A DNA stretch of 64,000 nt from Piromyces finnis finn. Lineage: Eukaryota; Fungi; Neocallimastigomycota. Positions 58,294 through 64,000 of the stretch are shown piece by piece. The position numbers and the translations under genes are program-made. The notes below the pieces were generated by a model that was given only the letters and a program-made list of their open reading frames with translations, had not been told where the DNA came from and did not search any database. Numbering within the stretch: the stretch's first letter is position 1; each line of letters starts with the position of its first letter. The stretch is from positions 558,001 through 622,000 of the forward strand of contig MCFH01000005.1 of assembly GCA_002104945.1 (NCBI GenBank), written 5' to 3'.

Positions 58294-58747
58294 TAGTTCA
58301 TTGAACTTTTATTCAACTTAATTATTTTTTATGTTATTTTATATTTATATTTTTATATATATTTTATTATTTTTATTTATTATTTATTATTATATCACTA
58401 TGTATTATCACCTAATGTAATATCACAAAATAAATAAATACAAAGAAGTATATTCTTAGTCTAAAAAAAAAAAGATCGTCGATGTCATATCAATATGGCA
58501 AAGAAACATTTTCAATATTCCGTACAAAGAATTCAATATTAGAATATTTTTGAATGGAGAAATTAAGAACACGAGAGTTTAACGGAAACCACTTTCAGAG
58601 TTTACTGAACTTTTACACGACTTAAATAATTATTTTATATTATTTTATTGTTTTTATTTATAATATATATATTTATCACTTAATATAATTAAAATTACAA
58701 ATTAAATAAATACAAGAAATATATTTTCTTCCTAGTCTAAAAAAAAA
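58294..58747 (+). repeat. Two diverged direct copies (about 58294-58473 and 58596-58747), each ending in TAGTCT + poly(A); possible 3' ends of a retroposon
   Basis: Shared blocks: gtt(c/t)a(t/c)tgaactttta..cttaa; atcac(c/t)taat(g/a)taat; aaataaatacaa..gaa.tatatt..tagtctaaaaaaaaa. Confidence 0.55.
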
Positions 58748-58879
58748 TTATTATTTTTTAAATAGTAATTTTTATTAAAATAAAAATGAAAGTTTTAAAG
58801 TATTTGTTGCTGTTAAAGAAAATAAAAAAAAAAAAAAAAACTAAAAGTAAAAATGCTTAAAAGGGTTAATGAAAGGGTT

Positions 58880-59560
58880 ATTTATAATGAACTAAATTTT
58901 GGTATCAGTAAATATTCAACTATGATGGTTCATCCAGATAGTGGAAAATTCTAGAGCAAGAAAAATCTAGCGTTTTATTTATCTGGAAAATCCATTTCAA
59001 CTATTAATTGCTCTACACTTTTCTTGGTGTACAACTTGATAAAAAATTTGTCGCTCGTTCACACCTACTACTAAAGCTCTTAAATAAAAAAGTTTTAAAA
59101 GGACTTTTTTCATTTAAAAATTTTTAAGAAATTTAAATATTTCTATTTCATTCAAGAAACTAATATTAATTCATAAGTAATCACTAAAGTTTCATATTAT
59201 GCTCGGTTATTTGAGTCTGATAATGTTAGGTCTAGGATCGTACAGAAACATGTCAACAAGGAAATATGATGGGCTGCATGTGTGCACAAAACTGTTTCAT
59301 TTACATCTATATTCAATTTCAAAAGATTTTAATATTCCTCTATTATCTGAAAAATGTGAATTAGTTCAGGTTAGATTTTACAATAAATCAATTATATTAT
59401 CTCTTTCCTGATCAATTACGTCTCTAAATTCAGAAAGTATACATGGTGCAAATCGAGAAGACTTCTTGACTAACCTAATTAATGAGGGACACAATTTTGT
59501 CCCAGACAAATATGATCTTTGAGGCTGAGACCCATTAAAAATCAAATACAATTATTATAC
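58880..59560 (+). mobile_element. Degenerate non-LTR retrotransposon (LINE) fragment: distal reverse transcriptase/thumb region with stops and frameshifts
   Basis: Frame-hopping translation: NELNFGISKYSTMMVHP..LAFYLSGKSI..C/YTFLGVQLDK/LSL..KVLKGLFSFKNF..ITKVSYYARLF..SFTSI/SISKDFNIPLLS..IISFLINYVSKFRKYTW. This resembles, from memory, the FGxxKC..YTYLG part of LINE RTs. GC is visibly higher than in the flanks. Confidence 0.7.
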
Positions 59561-61075
59561 CCAAGTATAATAGCCTTCTTACTTCTATAATATATTATAT
59601 CCATTTTTTTTTTTTTTTTTTCATTTGTGCTTAATTAAACTTATTTTTTAGAATTTCTATTTTTTTGTTTTTTAAATTTGTTCTTAAATAGTTATACTAT
59701 AGTTTTTTCGGTATAATAACAATAACGGTTTTAAAAATTTTGTTGCCATTAAAAAAATAATAGCAAATCAAAATAATATAACTTTATGTCAAATCAAACA
59801 AGACACTTATATATAAAAAAATATAGGCTATTTTGATATTTTGATGGTTCCATTATCTATCAATATTATATTTTATATTATTAGTAAATAATGGTAAGAA
59901 ATAATAAAATAGGATAGTAAGATCAGCGTAATTAATAATAATTATAATTTTGTTTTGATTCTAATACAAGAAAAAAGCTCACAATATTAAAAATATTTAT
60001 TTAATCGTTAAAAAAGAGAAGTTTAACCATTTCATTAAAAATATATGATTCATTTTAATTTTTAAAAATGTTTTTTCTAAAATTAATTTCTTTCTATTCA
60101 AAAAATAGTTTATATTTATCATCTCAGTTTTTCAATACTCTAGAAAGGCATTTAATAATAAAATTATTTTCCTTCGCAATTTCATATAAAATACCAAAAC
60201 AATATATATTATACTTTAAAAATGAAATATACTTTGTTATAAATAATTTATTAATAATTGATATAATAAATGAATAAATCTTAACAAAAAATAGTATATA
60301 TTTCAATGTATCATTTATTTTTAAATGAACTTTACACTTTACATTTATATAACTAGCATATAAAAATATTCAATTTATTTATTATTTCCAACCATTTACT
60401 ATATATAATTAAAAGAATTTTAAGTTCTTTTTAAAAGTTACACGAAAATTTATTTTTAGTAATATTTTGTGAAAAATTCAATATCATCTTTTTCTCTTTA
60501 ATTACTTTTAATAAATTTGAAAGAAAAATGCCCAATCATTTAGTTAAAAAAACCATTTATTAAATAAAAAAGTTTTAGTTTGTAATCTTGTTACAAAGTC
60601 ATTGAAAATCATAAATTAAGAATAATACTTTTTATTAATTTAGTTAATTATGATTTTTTTTTTCTTATTATTCTTCTTCTAATACAAATATGAAAAATAA
60701 TGAAACATGATTATACTTTCAAAAAAAAATTAAGATTATATTAATAATATTATATTTAATATATTTAATTAATAAATTATGAGCTAACAATTATAAATTT
60801 TATAAATGTTATGAAAAACAAAACATTAATTATATCATATAAAATATATTGGAAAGCTATTTAAAGAACAAATATTATAATATTGAATTATTATTTTTAA
60901 TAAAAAAAAAGTATTTTATATATTTCCTTTTTTTTTTTTTTTTTTATTATTTTTTATTTTCTTGTACTTAAATTTTGTGTATATAAATTTCTTTTAAAAA
61001 AAAAAAAGTAATAATTGGAAAAATTACTATAAATTTAATACCCTAATAATTATAAAAATAAAAGAAAAAGTTAAT

Positions 61076-61878
61076 ATGAAGTTTATTTTAAAAACATCTA
61101 ATTTAACTCTTATTGCACTAATTGTAAATATTAATTCTGTAAACTCATATGCAATAAGAAATGATATTCATCCTTCTTTAATTAATGGTATATCTATAAA
61201 TTAATAATTTAAAAAAGTCTTTTTTTTTTTTTATTTTTAACAAAAAAGAAAAAAGGATACTAATAATTAAATTATTATTATTAAATAATATATAATTGGT
61301 ATATATTGAATAAATAAAAAGCAAATCAATGTGTTAAAGAAAAAAACTGTGGAAATGATATCAATTGTATAGCAAATTGTTATAATGTTCCAAATCCAAA
61401 TAAAGAATCGGTATTAAGAACAGCAGATTGTCAAATATCTTGTAACGCTAAATATCCAGATCCATATCTTGATAATGAATTATTAAATCAATGTTATCAA
61501 GAATGTATCACCAAAGAATACTATTCCCCAAACAAAAATAATATTGATCAAGATACATTGAATAATGATAATCATTATGTTACTAACAATGCTATTCCAA
61601 ATTCAAATAATATATCTTCCGATTCAAATGTATCTAATGATGAATATGTTAATAATGAACCGAGAACAGATAATACTTCTAATAATAATGAAATAAATAA
61701 TACAACAAATAATACTAGTAATAATGGAAATAATCTTAATAATACAACTTATGATGAAAATGATAATCATATCTATTATCTTGAAGAAAAAAGTGGTAGT
61801 AAAGAATCAAGAATTTTCTATAGTCTTCTCTTTAGTGAATTAATTCTTGTCTTTACTGTTTTGTACTTGGAACTCTAA
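61076..61878 (+). CDS. Secreted, probably GPI-anchored 8-Cys protein with Asn-rich stalk; 2 exons (61076-61187, 61322-61878)
   Basis: Exon 1 MKFILKTSNLTLIALIVNINSVNSYA is signal-peptide-like. Exon 2 reads NQCVKEKNCGNDINCIANCYNVPNP..DCQISC..QCYQECITKEYY, an N/T-rich linker, and hydrophobic end IFYSLLFSELILVFTVLYLEL*. Confidence 0.8.
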
Positions 61879-62590
61879 AAAAGATATTTAAAATATCAAT
61901 TACTAATTACATATATATAAATATGTATATTATATTAATTAGGATAATATATTATTATTCGTTTTTTATAATAATACTGATAATTCTTAATTATAAATAA
62001 TTAATAAAAAAAACCATTATATACCCTATATACCCTTATAAAAAATAAAAAAAAAAAAGTCTGAACTAAAATCTTTAAATTGATAAAGTAATTATCATTA
62101 TTACTATTATTATTTTTCTACAATCGATTCCTCATTTAATAAATTAACAATATTAGTACTTTTTTTTTTTTTTATTTTATTTTATTATTATTATAGTCAT
62201 TTATTATTTATTATTATTTATTATTGTTGTTATAATTGTATTAATATATAATAATATGATTATAAATATATTATTTGAAATATAAAGATAGAAGAAAAAA
62301 AAAAAAAAAAAAAAATGAAATAAAAATAAAATAATAAATAATTGTATGTCTTTGTATGTTTCTATTATAAATTAAATATATTGGCTATTGGTATATATAA
62401 AAATAAAGATGAAATAATAAAAATTTTCATACATTTAAATAAGTTCTAATTATTTTTTTGATTATATAATATAAATAATAATTATATTTATAATAAAAAA
62501 AGAAAATAAAGAAATATATTAATTATAAATAATTTTTAATTGTTTATATTTACAATTAAAGTACTATATAAAAAACAAAAGAAAAGAAAA

Positions 62591-64000
62591 TTAATGATTT
62601 TGAGTAATAGTTAATTCAGATAAAGAACCATCACTAATAATTTCTAAATCTTTTTCGTTAGCTAAATGAAGTAAACAAATAAAACAAAATGCAACCGATA
62701 TATCTTTAATATTCTTTTCTTGATACATATCTTTCAATCCTCCTACAACCTCTGAAAATCTGAAATCACGTTGTATTGTATTATTTTCTTCAGGATCCTT
62801 TAATATTATTTAGAAAAAAAAAGGGGTGATTAATAAATTATATCTTCTTTATTTTAATAACATTTAAAAAAAAAATTACCTCTTCTTGCATAGGATCTTC
62901 TGATACATAATTAATATCTTTAGTTGGTTCTGTTGTATCTTCTTTACTTCCAGAAAGCTCTTTCCAAATATTATCTTTAAGTTTTTTAACATCAACTCTT
63001 TTTGCTGATCTTGCATAATTTATTGCTAAGGATTTAATCTTTTTTGGTTTAGCAACTAATTGTTCACCATAATTACCTATATCTCCATCTACAATAGCAT
63101 CCTTTAATGCATTTTCTATTGTATTATTTTCTTCAATATTTTCAATACTATTATAACTGTCCTCTTCATCATCATCATCATCATCATTGAAGAAATAAGT
63201 TGTATTATCCATAATACCAACATTTTCACTATCACCCTTTCCTAATGCTTTTTAATATAGCAAATAATAACATATCAACATATATTCATTAATTCCTTAA
63301 TATTTAACATAAATTTATATTAATATTCATTTTATCTTTTATATATATAATATTTACTCGTTGTATGAGTTTCTTCGAATATTGGGGCATCATCTCTATG
63401 ATCAGCCCAAAAAGCTTGGTTAACATCATCTAATTATAAATAATAATAAAAGAATTTTTACAAAAGTTATTATATTTATATATATATATATATATTACAT
63501 TTATATATAGCACTAAATTTATATTTATATATATAAATGAAATTAGAATAAGAACCATCAATATTTTCTTGTATAATCTCTTCATCATCATGACTTTTTT
63601 TAAATTTAACCTAGGATATTAAATCAAATTATATATTATCATTATTAAATGTAAATATAAATTAAAAAATAGATCTAAACAAACCTTTATCTATATAATG
63701 AGATTAGTATTAAATACATACAATAACATTTGGCTTTAAGAAAAGCTTTAAGAAATCTCGTGAAGAAAAATGGGAATCTTCAGGTAATAAGAAATTATTC
63801 TTTTTATAGGTGGTATTATTTAATGTTGGTATACGGTCTGTTGATTTGAATATTTCTTCTTCGGAAACATCTTCACCATTAACAAAATCAATTGTAAAAG
63901 CTCTATTGCTTTTCTTTGCAACAGTATTACTACTTGTATTTGATGTAATATTAGATATTTCATTTGATGCTCCTTTTTCATCAACTGGATGTGATATATT
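62591..64000 (-). CDS. BRN1: Condensin I kleisin subunit (Brn1/Cnd2/CAP-H), 3' part, multi-exon; 5' end lies outside the window
   Basis: FLLPEDSHFSSRDFLKLFLKP; INYARSAKRVDVKKLKDNIWKEL; FSEVVGGLKDMY..DISVAFCFICLLHLANEKDLEI..ELTITQNH*; stop at 62591-62593. Confidence 0.93.

Noticed and set aside
59199-59411. 70-aa ORF as an independent gene
   Set aside because: Lies inside the decayed LINE fragment and is a mosaic of shifted RT frames.

Overview
Eukaryotic, extremely AT-rich (roughly 80% by eye), intron-containing DNA with long homopolymer and (AAT)n tracts. Composition, intron style, the long ankyrin protein and the bacterial-type asnA point to an anaerobic gut fungus (Neocallimastigomycota); this is an inference. 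Most genes are housekeeping: ELP3 (3' part), DBP7, EAF3/MRG, NAB2-like CCCH protein, a ~3,090-aa SEC39/NBAS, glucosidase II beta subunit and condensin BRN1 (3' part). The window also holds a Lin28/plant-type cold-shock protein, a CBM48 protein, an ankyrin protein, a membrane protein and a secreted Cys-rich protein. The most unusual items: (1) an intact, solitary copia-type Gag ORF with a His/Ser/Arg-rich tail and no pol or LTR seen; (2) a membrane-anchored Shewanella-like phosphoesterase whose N-tail carries SILK + RVxF + PhiPhi PP1-docking-like motifs; (3) an 81-bp tandem array of Trp/acidic motifs inside SEC39, resembling a COPI-binding lasso; (4) an intronless, probably horizontally acquired asnA followed by decayed retroelement remnants. 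No tRNA, rRNA or CRISPR array was recognised. All calls come from reading the sequence; no database search was run.
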